From: Amphiscolops sp. MND2022
Lineage: Eukaryota
Direction of reading: 5' to 3'
Length of the DNA: 60,000 bases
NCBI GenBank assembly: GCA_964187785.1
Contig: OZ076413.1
Span: 48,734,001-48,794,000, forward strand
Part shown: positions 48,904 to 60,000 of the stretch, in pieces
How positions within the stretch are numbered: position 1 is the first letter of the stretch
How the letters are laid out: each line of letters begins with the position of its first letter
Program-made: the position numbers and the translations under genes
The notes under the pieces: generated by a model
Told to the model about the DNA's origin: nothing
Seen by the model: only the letters and a program-made list of their open reading frames with translations
Databases searched by the model: none

Positions 48904-51727
48904 CGATGAATGCAACAACATTCAATTCCAGTGACCCCAAAAACACTTTGGCATTTCATTAAAATAATTGAAAATTCAAGAAAAGGTTATAAGACTTGGT
49001 GAAATTGTTATCATCCAAATCAAACAACTTAAATGTGAGAACTAATTCAAACTTACTAAAACAGACAAACAACCAACATTGCTTCAAAATGATTCATGCA
49101 AACTTCGATTGTCAAATTTTTCTTGAGTCGAAAGTTTGAATGAACATGACTATTGGGATCGAACTCTACCTTCGATAAAGGTGAAAGATCTCAAAATGGT
49201 CGCATTTAAGGGCAGTTAAACGACGCATAGAAGAGATAAAAGTAAGACAGACAGCCTAAGATAACCTAATCCTAAGCTTTCTGTAAGAGCTGAAAACCAC
49301 ACAAGTCCTAACTGAGGTCATAAATAACCACAAAACTCTTGCAAGTTAGATCAACAAATGGGGCCAACCAAGATTCAACCACCAAATTTGATTCCTTTTC
49401 AAAGACTTCAGCGATTTCAAATACAATAAAACACTGTAATAAACAAGTCCTTAGTCGACTAATGATAGTAATTTCAAACAAAAATACACGAAAAAGGATG
49501 CATAAAATCTAAAACAGGTTGCATGAGAACTTCAGTCACCGGATTCGAAAGCTTTGATGAGGTCACAATCGATGTCTTGGCCATTAATTTTCCATGAAGC
49601 CTTCGATACGACAATCATCTACACGAAACTGAACTTATTTGTATTTAAGCAAAAAATTAGAAAAGCTATTTATGTGGGCACAAAACAACGATTAATTTTC
49701 AACTAGCACTTCAGTAACTTCTTGTATGATCAAAAATACTCTTTTTAATGCCCCTAAAACTTCGAATAAATACTTCAAAAAATAATTGGATTGACCTTCG
49801 CACTGTCAAAAACTGCTTTCTGAAGAAACCATTCGAATAAAACCAATTCAATGAATTGAGAAACGCGCGCTTTTAGCCACTTGCAACTACTCAGACAAAT
49901 CTTCAAATTTGGCATTGTTAGAAAAGCGAGTTGGAGATAGTGACAAGGTTGCACTGAAAATACAGAATTTTACAATGTATAATGTAAAGCGATTGCACCA
50001 TTTTTGCAGCTGAATTGGCACGAATGACAACACAAGAGCGTCATAGTTAAATTAGGAGCAAATGACAGTTTTTCAACACACTTACATAATATAAGTGCAT
50101 ACATCTGGGGTTCTATAAAGAATCGCTATTGAATAATTCAGAAAGAAGTGTTTCTACTCATCAGGAAAAAAGCATTAAAACGGCAAAAGCTGCTGAAACA
50201 TATTGATGAAAAAAAAAACGAAACAAACCGGTAACACTCAAAAATGTAAAAACAACCGCTAGTTAAGTTTAACAAAGGCCTGGATTTATTCGGCCTTCAA
50301 ATTTCAAGTTTTGGAGAAACAAACACAAGAGCAATTCAATTACAAAATGAAATATGTGTTTACAATCAAACACCCAGCCTACCTGTCAGTCGAAATGGTT
50401 GTGAGGTTGTTTGGGGCCTAGCAGCAACTAAATGTTCTTGAATAACTTACCCTTGAAGGCATTCTTTCCACAATCATAAATTTTGAATGTCCCGCTAACA
50501 CCGCTTGGCTTTGAAAGGCATATGCGCCTACTGCAATTTGAGCCAGCGGTGCCTACATTCAAAAGCGACAGAGCAGAATTTGAAAATGCCTGGCTTGGAT
50601 TGCAATCAAGCACAAAGAAATATATTGAGACAGCTTAGGGGAAAAGATTTTATGGACACTCTACAAAAGCGGAGGTCTGTGGGATATTGTTTACATAACA
50701 CAGGCACTACCGGTAGGCTGATAAATGGTGCGATAGTCGGGCAAGGTACATGGAATAAGCCGAAGATAGAATGGAAAATTCCAGCAACTCCAATTCAAAG
50801 AATGGAAAATTCCTCTCCCAACTCAATTGGCAGACAGATCAGTTATATTTTTCACACAATTTGTTTCAAGCTACAAGCCATTTAATTCCTTGACCCTAGT
50901 TTCAAACTTCCGCTAAGTTATCCAATGAAATGAAAAATACCCTAGAACAGATGTTTCCAATGTGTAAATTGAGCTCAATCGATCCGAGACCGAGTGACGT
51001 TTGAATGACACTTCTTTCCAGGAGCGCTTAGACTGACATTGAATTTCAGTCAAAATAACAATCGAATGAACTGAATTTTGAAAGTACATGAGAAAAGATC
51101 AAAGACTTCAGGCTAATAAATCTGATTTGGAAATAGAAACTACATGTAGAAAGAGGATCACTGTGAAAGAAGCATATCAATCTGTTATCATTTTCCAAAT
51201 CATCTTCCTTAGACAAGAGAAAAATTTACTTCACAAAAATCAGAAAAAAATAACTTGGCCCTACACAACCTTGAGACACAAAGTAAAACTACGAGGCATC
51301 GATAAAAGTTATCGCAGAATGAATCGATGTGTTAAAATCTGTACAAAATGGAGCAATTATGATAATCTTGGAGAGAAATCGAAAAGATTCTCTGTCACAT
51401 CCACTACGGAACGCGCGTATTAAGCCAACAAACCATTAAACCGAAATATCAACCACAATCAAACCGAAACTAATCTGATTGGTTGAAAAGTGGTCATTCA
51501 AAGCAACTGGTTTCAAATTCATTATTGTCGGCCTAAAGGTTTGTCGGTCCTCATTCATCGCGGGTCATAAATGTTTCCTTGAAAACGAAGTTTTGGAGTA
51601 ATAAAATTTATTTTATATTTTGAATAAATTGACACTTCACAAAACCTTAATTTAGCAGCAGCTGAAATGTAATGAGTTGGAGGATTGAGATCGAAGGAAA
51701 TGATAAAAAGCACCGAAGCAAAAAGGT

Positions 51728-51899
51728 GGGGGGCCACGAAGCCTGATATCCACTCAGCCGAAAATGATATTAGGTAAAAATAATATCAGCCTTAATTTTT
51801 ATATTGGTTGTATGACTAGGCATTCCTCATAACAGGGCGCTCCGAATTGAATTTATTATCAATTCGGCCAAGTGGATATTCGGCCAGTTAGAAGCCCCC
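51728..51899. repeat. Short degenerate MITE-like inverted repeat
   Basis: gggggcc...atatccactcagccgaa vs ttcggccaagtggatat...gccccc. Confidence 0.5.
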
Positions 51900-52716
51900 A
51901 GCAAAAATAGACTCAGTATCAAAACTTACTTCACTCTGGACACTTACATTGAACTATTAAACTTGATGACTGCGAGAAATGGAAACGCCTTGTTGTTGCG
52001 ACATAGTAATGAGACACTTTAAACCGACAGGTTGCTGTCAAAAGCCCAAAGTCCACTCCAGGACACAAAGCCTTTCTTTTCTGGTTCCTCAGAATTTTTT
52101 TTGATAAAAAAAGTGAAATTACCTCAACAAAATCGTTCAAACGTTAAGACAATTCCAACTTCCTGCTGAAAAGCAGTTCGAAAAACTTGAAATTATTTTT
52201 CGAAAAACTTCGTGTTGGTTGTTGCAGAAAAGAGCCCAAAAATTTAAAGCAGGCGAATAGATGATTTCGGGATGAACGATCACTTTCAATTAAACTCAAG
52301 TACATTTTAACAATTCACTTTACAATCAGATGAAATCTCATGTTCGAGATCTCGAAGCATTCAGTACAATTCAATGGCAACATTTCAGCTCCAACGCATT
52401 CCAATTGCTTCATAAATACTTCAAAGAAAGTGACTGTACTACAGTGAACTTGAAGTCATGTCGATATATATAGAAGCAACGGAAATGTATTTTTCATATC
52501 GTAGAAAACTAATTACAATATTACTCATTATGATAATCTGTGAAAATAGAAGCGATACTATGTTATCGTTGTCTTTGATCAAAAGAAGAAACTAGCATTA
52601 TACACAATAATTATAGCCCCCCGATGATGAGGGCAAACCTGATCAGCCAATTACATTCGTCCGTGGTTGGGCACAACATTAGAGGAGATGACGACAACAT
52701 TCGAGAATGAACAAGT

Positions 52717-55700
52717 TCACTTCTGTCTCGACTTGTTCAATTCTTCCAAAAACGATTTCTGCATTCTGTTCTGATCGTCACGTTCGGCAAGACTTCCAAC
52801 AGATCTGAAATTCAAATATTTCGGATGTGTATTTAATAGGAAATGAACTCAAACTTTGACACTGACAGAAAAAAGTATCAGTTATTAAAGAGAATCTTTC
52901 AACAATCAACGGTCCATTATTTTTGCAGTATATTACATTAGGTATTTTGTTCTGAACCTTTCCAAGAACTCCAGTTTCGAACTCATCCCGAGAAATGTCC
53001 CCACAGTAAACTTTAACCAAAAAAAACATTAAAATTGGTCTTGGTAAAATATCCTGGAAACATTACACACTCTTAGAAGACCATAGCACAAGTAAGTAGT
53101 TTGGTGAGAATGTGTAACCTGATTTGGTTGGTGAGGTCTTTGGTCTTGCCAAAGTAAATGTCGTTGAGGGCGAGGCGACACTTGGTCTCCATCTCCTCCA
53201 CCATCTCACCGATGTTCTTGACGTGGGCGTGTCCGAAGTCACTGCTCGACAGTTCCTTGTCCGCCTCTGACTGCCGCGTGATGCTGCCGCCCAGGTTCAT
53301 GTTGCCACTCTGCTCCGACTCACTCTGCGACACAAACAACAAGTGGTGCTTCACAGAAATAAGCGACAAACACAAAACAATGTGTTCAGGGAGAGCATTC
53401 AAGAGCTGCATTACTCTGACAGTTGAGATCTTATCAACGACAGAGTCCCCTAAGTATGCTTGGGGAGCCAGGCTTGTGAAAAAATCCGATTTTTATTCTT
53501 GCTTGATTTAAATCCGATTTTTATTATTTTTGCTTGATTTAATTGATTTTTTTGATTATTGAAAACGAAATTTTTTGTTAAAGAATCAATTAATATCAAT
53601 ACATAATATCAATCATTGATTCAAAACACGGAAACAGAAAACAAGTTTGCCGCATTTTTCGACTCCCAATCGGTTTCGGGAGCTGGAGTGAACGAATCCA
53701 AATGTGCTGAATAGGCGTTCTAGTTCAGCCGTTGTTGTCATACAGGACAATATTTTTCTAATGTCCTCCTTGACCGCTTTATCAACTGCGATCAATGACC
53801 ACCAATCAGCTGGAGTGACCGCCGAAACAGCATCTTCGGTGAAAAGCGCGTTGATAAATGGTTCGCTCCCAACCCGAAATTTCATGATCACTCCCACCAA
53901 ATCTGGGTTTATTTCTCTTGCTAGTTTCATTGCTTCTTCACTCCCACCAAATGTTGGCACCTTGAACTCTATCCAACGCTTTGCTTACAGGATTAAGTAA
54001 TTTTAGGTAGTATTCCACATTGCGTTTCAAATTTAAATTTGTAATAGTTTCGTAAAATTCCTTCGGCATTTCGCTTCGATGATCTTCGGCAATTTTAATC
54101 AAAGTAGGCCACGTGTAAAAATGGCGTGTTTGTTGCATAGAAGTAACTGGCGACCTTCTTGTCGAGATCGTTTTTGTCTTCTTTGCTGGTGGCACTCACA
54201 AATTTTGTTATTTTCATGGGCTTGTTCGAAATAGGACTCTCTTCGTGTTCACTTGGTTTTCTTTTTCTGCACGATTCTTGATGAGCTTGCATTCGAGACA
54301 CAATTCCTTGCATGCCAGCTTCACAATTATTGCATATCGCCCATGGCCCAGAATTTCCTTTCTAAAACCCAGACGAATAATTTAATAAAACACATTGAAC
54401 GATTGAGATACAAAACATTAATTTAATAAAACTGAGGTATATAAATTGTACGCTACCTTTGTGGTTCTGCGGAACGACAACCAAATTTCGTCTTGTGGTC
54501 TTCCAGCCACGTAAGTGTATTTAATCAATGTAGCACACCAAGCAAATCAAACTCTGAAAAGTCACGCAACTGAAAACAAAATTAGAATGCGCAATGTGAA
54601 CATGTGATCCAGGCACTCTAGTAAAACGAACTTGCTACGTGAAAATTACAGTTTCTATAACAAAACTATTGATTAATGTGTTATAAATACCGCCAGAGTC
54701 TTGCGATTTTTGTTTGAACATGATTGAGCGCGCCTATCAACTCTTCTGTCATCCGTGACTAAAGGACAATAACTGGGTCAATGATTTTTTTGATTTTTAT
54801 TCCACGATTAAAATCGGATTTAAATCATTGATTTAAATCAATTGATTTAAATCATCACAACCCTGTGGGGAGCCTGTCCTTCAGGAGGTGCAACTTCGGG
54901 GACCTATGCTTCATGAGGTGACAAATATAATCAGAGGTGTTCACATGAAACTAGTAATTTACTACAATAATTTAAATGAGCACAGCTTAAGCAAGATGGG
55001 AGAAGGAACTAAAATAAGACCCAAATTATTCATACTTTCGGAATGAAATACCAAAAATATATATAGTTAAAACAAATTTTTGAAATGAAATACTTGCCAG
55101 TAGCGTCTTGAACGGTTAAAAAATTAGGGGGTCTGTGCTTCATTACAGTAATGGTGGGGGTAATGTCATTAACGAAGATCCGAGAGTTCAATGACTCATC
55201 ACAAATTATCCTGTTTAGTCGGCGCTTCATGAAGTGAAACGCGACTATTATAGTGACTCTTTTTTTTCAATCCACACGGACTGACCAAAATAGTTCTACA
55301 AAAGTTCTACGAAATATTATGGTGTCAAATTGAACCATTTGGCCTAGCGAACTGAACCAAAAAGGTTTTTCCGCGTAACATACAATCCCGGGAGAGACTA
55401 AAGGGTCCCCCCTTTCAGTTTTTTTTTCGGCATTGTGAGTTTTTTCGAAAATAAACATTTCACCAAAGGGTCCCCCTGCATTTCCAAAGGGCCCTCCAAT
55501 TTTCAGATGTTTTGTAAAAATGGATGTTAAACAAGACGGGAACGTCTAAAGTCGGCGCTATATCTAAGGCTCAAAAAGCGCAAAACTTTTTTTAAAAAAA
55601 CTTGAAATTTTCGAAATTTTTTCTTCCGGAAAATGTCGCACAGTGCCGAAAAATGTACACAGAGGCGAAGCGGTGCTTCGCAACACATGACGAAGACATT

Positions 55701-58700
55701 ATTTTAATATGCGTATATATATTATTTTAATTGCATGCGTATATATTCAACAGTTCAACTTTGTTCAATAACGTCCCTATGGCACAGTGGTCAACACTTA
55801 TGCCGTGCAATCGGGAGGCTGCAGGTTCGAATCTCTCAGGGGTTTTGGGATTTATTAACATACATTGAGTTGCAAAATATCAAAAAACTCGAAGGGGGAC
55901 CCTTTGGTGACATTTAAAAAATTTCGAAAAAGTCGCAGTGTCGAAAAAATCCAAAGGGGGCCTATTTGGAGACAAAAAAATTTTCGAAAGTCTCACAGTG
56001 CCGAAAAAAAATCGAAATGGGGTACCCTTTAGTCACGTCCGGTTTTGTAGGTTACGTTTAAACACAGAGGCGAAGCGGTGCTTCGCAACACATGACGAAG
56101 ACAACGATTATTTTAATATGCGTATATATATTATTTTAATCGCATGCGTATATATTCAACAGTTCAACTTTATTCAATAACGTCCTTATGGCACAGTGGT
56201 TAACACTTATGCCGTGCAATCGGGAGGCTGCAGGTTCGAATCTCTCTGGGGTTTTGGCTTTTCTCTAAAAGGCGCTTATTATGAAGTTGGCTATTGTGGA
56301 AAAAAAACTTTCTTAGCTGGACTGCAATGCACATTGACTTCGTCATGTGCAAAAAAACCAATATTATTCTAAATACGCGTTACGCTCGTTACACTGTTTT
56401 TTTACACCCTTTGGAATAACTTAGATGCGTTTCCCGGGTATTCGTTTAGTTTCTTTAGTTGAACGTTAACGTTCGTCGCTTCGAGTCTGTCTTAAAAAAA
56501 AACGAGTGACTGTAATAGTCGGGCTCTTTTATTAATACTTGTTTGAAGCGTTCCCAATTTGTATTTATTGCACAAGACAGTAATGAATGAGGATTTGTTC
56601 AATCAGTAAAAACTGTTGGACAACTCACCTGGAGCCAAAGCATGATGGTGGTGGTTAATTTGTAATGGGCACTCTTGCCGCCAGTCTTCTCCTGCACCTC
56701 GATGACGTTGATTGAGTCCCAACAGCCCTTCACTTTAGACTCTTCGTCGTTCACAGACTTCTTAACCAAAATAGCACCTGCGAAGCCAGTGTCCGTATCC
56801 CACAGATACACCGAAGATAGACCACCGTCATAGTACCTGCAACAAAACAATCCTTCATCCAGAAACCGGGATACACTCAACTTCCACTTTTTGGACCATT
56901 TAAAACAAAAAGATCTGAACTTTGTACTTATCGACCTTTTCGAAAGATTGATTTAACCATGAACTGTAATATCTGCAAACGTTACGAAAGAATCAGGGTC
57001 TGGTAACTTGTTCATCGAGCTTCATAAAGAATGCAAATAATTTCAAAAGGAATGCATAACATTATAATTGAGAAGCTGCAAATGAATCAGAGCATGATTC
57101 GATTTGCATTAAAGTATAGAAGAGAACTCACAATTCGCGATATTTGTCGAAAGCGTCATTGGCAAATAATTCTACTTCTCGCAGTTTGTCCGAGGGCACA
57201 GTGCCATCATCAATTGACGGAAAATAGTTGTTGGTATAAGGCGACCTGAGCAAAAGATCCAATGCATCAAAACTGTATAGAAAGATGAAAATCAAAGTCA
57301 GAACCGCAAATAAACAACTTGGGGATTATTGAACTTCGTTTCATGCACTCATATGCATTTGAATATTATAAATCCTAATTTTATCCATCTCATCTCGGTT
57401 GAAAAGAACTGTGAACATAGGTTTTTTGAAGCATTGAAATAACAACTGAAAATACAAAATAAATGTAGATCAAAAAAGATACGATAAATACGTGAACCGA
57501 CATACGGACAGATCAATTTTAACTGTCCTGGCTGTTTATTATTTTCCGCCCACATATATTGGGGAAGAAAAATCACAATCTGTGTTGCGTTTTTTTCCAA
57601 ATTCTGCCGAATTTTCACTCTATTGTTCCATTTAGTAAATTCTAGTCACCATGACGCAGTTATTAGTGCGTCTGCCTGTCAGACAGGACGTCGTGGGTTC
57701 GAACTCGTGTTGATTCGTTACAGCGGAAAATATCCCGGTGCTTAGCGGGCGTCTTGTTATCTTTTTGTAAACATCTTTTTTGAAACTCACAAAACAGCCT
57801 AACCTACGAAAGACTTCTGTATTGCAACCATATTGCCGTATAAAAACTCACTTCACTTGATCAACTTCATTCTCTCTTACAGAAACAAGCAGTCGCCGTT
57901 TCAAAAGGGAAATTCACTATCATATTACAGTTACTTCAAAAATAATTGAAGGAAAGGTGAAAAGGCAAAGAAAAAAACCTGTGTGAATCACCATCTCGAT
58001 TATAATCACATACGAGGAAGTCTTTTCCGACGCCATCATCCCTCACAACTTTCAAAGGTTGATCGACAGATGACAATAAATCTCCACACAGGTCGGGAAC
58101 CAGATCCACAACTTTGCTAAGATTCTGCTCAACGTACTGAGGAGGCAGCCTTCTCATGAGGTCCAGGGCGCAATCTAGTTTCTCTTCCAATGACTAAAAA
58201 ACATCTTAGCTAATCAAGTAATGAGGCCTCGCATTTTATTTGAATATATATTCGTACAGTACCCATGTGCGGGCAATAAACTAATGCCTATTTGAAATAC
58301 TGAAAATCAGTTGAAAATCCATTTTTATATCAACAATCAATTATTGCATTATTCGAAACAGGTATTTTCACAAGAAATTTACATATCCAGCGTTTTAAAT
58401 CTAAATTTGAAGACCAAATTTGAACAACCATTAAGTGAACTTTTTTCCAGACTTACACTCTCCACAGTCGGAAGAGAGCAATAAAAACCCATAGCTCGAG
58501 GTTTCAATTATTTTCAGGTTCTGAGCACAATAATATCGCGATATCATTGTCACAATTCATTGTGTTCAACCAATTATATGTAATTCACTATACCAACACC
58601 TTTCAACTGATAGCCAACAATTGTGTACCTCAAAAATGGTTGCTTAGCCCTGATGAGCAGAAGATTTCCCAAGGACACTAATTTCATGCTTCAACAATGA

Positions 58701-58747
58701 AAGTTCGACTACTGGTCAACAATGAAAACAGGTCAACTTACCACCAT
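52717..58747 (-). CDS. CAPZB: F-actin capping protein beta (~278 aa); exons 58753-58742, 58193-57979, 57245-57132, 56836-56629, 53324-53119, 52804-52717
   Basis: [59 protein letters not shown]; all junctions GT-AG and phase-consistent; first exon less certain. Confidence 0.95.
53469..54865 (-). mobile_element. Internally deleted hAT transposon in a CAPZB intron
   Basis: TIR caggcttgtga/tcacaaccctg, 8-bp TSD tggggagc, BED finger CNNC...HQESC, dimerisation domain WW...[18 protein letters not shown], gatttaaatc subterminal repeats. Confidence 0.92.
55657..56257 (+). repeat. Duplicated ~190-bp module (55657-55848, 56062-56257), each ending in a tRNA-like sequence, within family A repeat DNA
   Basis: A box TGGCACAGTGG and B box GGTTCGAATC at 55773-55844 and 56182-56253. 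Confidence 0.75.
57644..57758 (+). mobile_element. tRNA(Asp)-like-headed short repeat (SINE-like)
   Basis: gcctgtca anticodon arm, gggttcgaac B box; tail gcggaaaatatc...gcgggcgtcttgtt also found inverted at 37785-37820. Confidence 0.55.
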
Positions 58748-59070
58748 ATCTGACTGAAAAATAGAAAAACTTGAGACACGAATAAATTGGAATCTGAAAT
58801 AAGATCAGCAAAACTATCGTTAAGAACAAGAAAATGAACAAATGCTGGACAGTTAAAAATAAGGACCGTGCGAACTGGAACCATTTTAAAAGGGTCTTTA
58901 TGAAATGGAATTAGCCCGAGTTTAGTCAGAAAAAGATAGGCAAGGTGCCAGATCGCTGCAAGCTGCAGAGCCTCCATACAGTGTCAAAAACGGTTCCCTG
59001 AATGAAACAAGCACCAAGAACATCAAGTGGAGGAGAGATTTATAAATTAGGGCATCGTATCATAATTTTA

Positions 59071-59588
59071 AACAAGGCGGGATCGTCTCAAGTCGGCGCC
59101 ATATCTAAGGCTGAAAAATATTCAAAGAACAACTATTGAAAACATTTGGAAAAATTTTTTTCAAAAATAATTTTTGAAATTTTTTTCAAAAAAAATTTTT
59201 TAAATTTTTTTCTCGAAAAAAAGTATTTTTTAAAAAGTAGCACAATGCTGAAAAACTCAAAAAGAGGCCATTCAGGCTCATTAAACGTTTTTACAAACCT
59301 AAAACTTCAAAAAAAATGCAAGGGCCCTTTGATAGAATCCGAAAAATTTCGAAAAAAAAGTCGCATAGTGCCGAAAAAAAAAACAAAGAAATCAAACGGA
59401 AGAAAACCTTTGGTCTCGCATCTACTTTTGGGAGCATAAAAAATTTGGAAGCTTCTCAGAAAATTAGTTGAACAAATGAACGAAGATTGTGGACCATTCA
59501 GAGTGAGATTGTAGGCTGAAAAAGAAAAAAAACTACCCACTGTAATAGTCGGGCTTTTTTCCTCAAGGCAAAAGGCGCCGACTAAAAA
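59071..59588 (-). mobile_element. Complete-looking family A Helentron/DINE-1-like copy
   Basis: aacaag + stem + agtcggcgcc at one end; tagtcggg...ggcgccgactaaaaa at the other. Confidence 0.65.
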
Positions 59589-59641
59589 CATCGGCTGTAG
59601 ATATATCGCAGGAATCACCAAATTAGGATCGTCGAAGTAAG

Positions 59642-60000
59642 TCACGACAACCTTCCCTCTTCAACCATTGCAGAGATAGATGATTCCTCAGTTTGACGAC
59701 GAGTAGATCGAGATCCTCTGAGGCATAGCACGGAACTGCGTAGCAAAGCGAAGCTAATTTGCGTCCTGATGCATCCTATGGCGTCCAAGTAGCTGTCTTG
59801 TCCTTTTTCGCTGATCTTCAGAGCAAGTCGGGACATAACTTCCGAAGCTGAAGAACGCGAAGACAAGAGGATTGAATGAGCTGTTTTCCACATCAAGGAT
59901 TCTCTGTTCGTACTTCAAATTTTTCAAAGTTTCATGATATTTATACGCTTCCTTCTTCACTTCTTTCGGACAGGACTTGGCCAGCGGATTGAAAATTTTG
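59642..60000 (-). mobile_element. 3' end of a CRE-clade-like non-LTR retrotransposon (restriction-like endonuclease region), frameshifted, runs off the window
   Basis: FNPLAKS...YKYHETLKNLKYEQRILDVENSSFNPLVF and RLALKISEK...IRTQISFALLRSSVLCLRGSR. Confidence 0.75.

Noticed and set aside
50505..50885. 126-aa plus-strand ORF
   Set aside because: TTG start, no motif, overlaps better-supported minus-strand splice signals
52620..52655. C/D-box snoRNA or hammerhead (atgatga...ctga)
   Set aside because: Boxes are only ~10 nt apart, there is no GAAA core, and it is antisense to the CAPZB 3' UTR
43084..57758. Functional tRNA genes at 43084, 55773, 56182 and 57644
   Set aside because: A/B boxes are present but acceptor and anticodon stems pair poorly and all lie inside repeats; treated as tRNA-derived modules

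Overview
AT-rich, repeat-rich eukaryotic (invertebrate animal) genomic DNA with GT-AG introns; the species cannot be fixed from sequence alone. Every host gene I can identify is on the minus strand: two diverged 2-exon HINT3-like histidine-triad genes, a GCN2/EIF2AK4 kinase in one 4.87-kb coding exon, a 2-exon ~1297-aa low-complexity orphan, a decayed C2H2 zinc-finger array, an intronless DUSP11/PIR1-like RNA phosphatase with an altered P-loop, and CAPZB with 6 exons visible. The rest is mostly mobile DNA: an RTE/RTEX-type LINE with a 160-bp target duplication, a degenerate Copia with both LTRs, CR1/L2-, Ingi/Vingi- and CRE-like LINE fragments, a Penelope fragment with inverted termini and a hammerhead-like motif, hAT and Tc1-like elements/MITEs, two Helentron/DINE-1-like families (one carrying tRNA-like modules) and a diverged ~180-bp satellite. 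The most intriguing feature is GCN2. Its reading frame has no 5' ATG and opens at a phase-0 splice acceptor only ~670 bp (mostly repeat) after the co-oriented upstream gene. It therefore appears to borrow its start from a shared first exon, from the upstream gene, or from trans-splicing. All coordinates were counted by hand.
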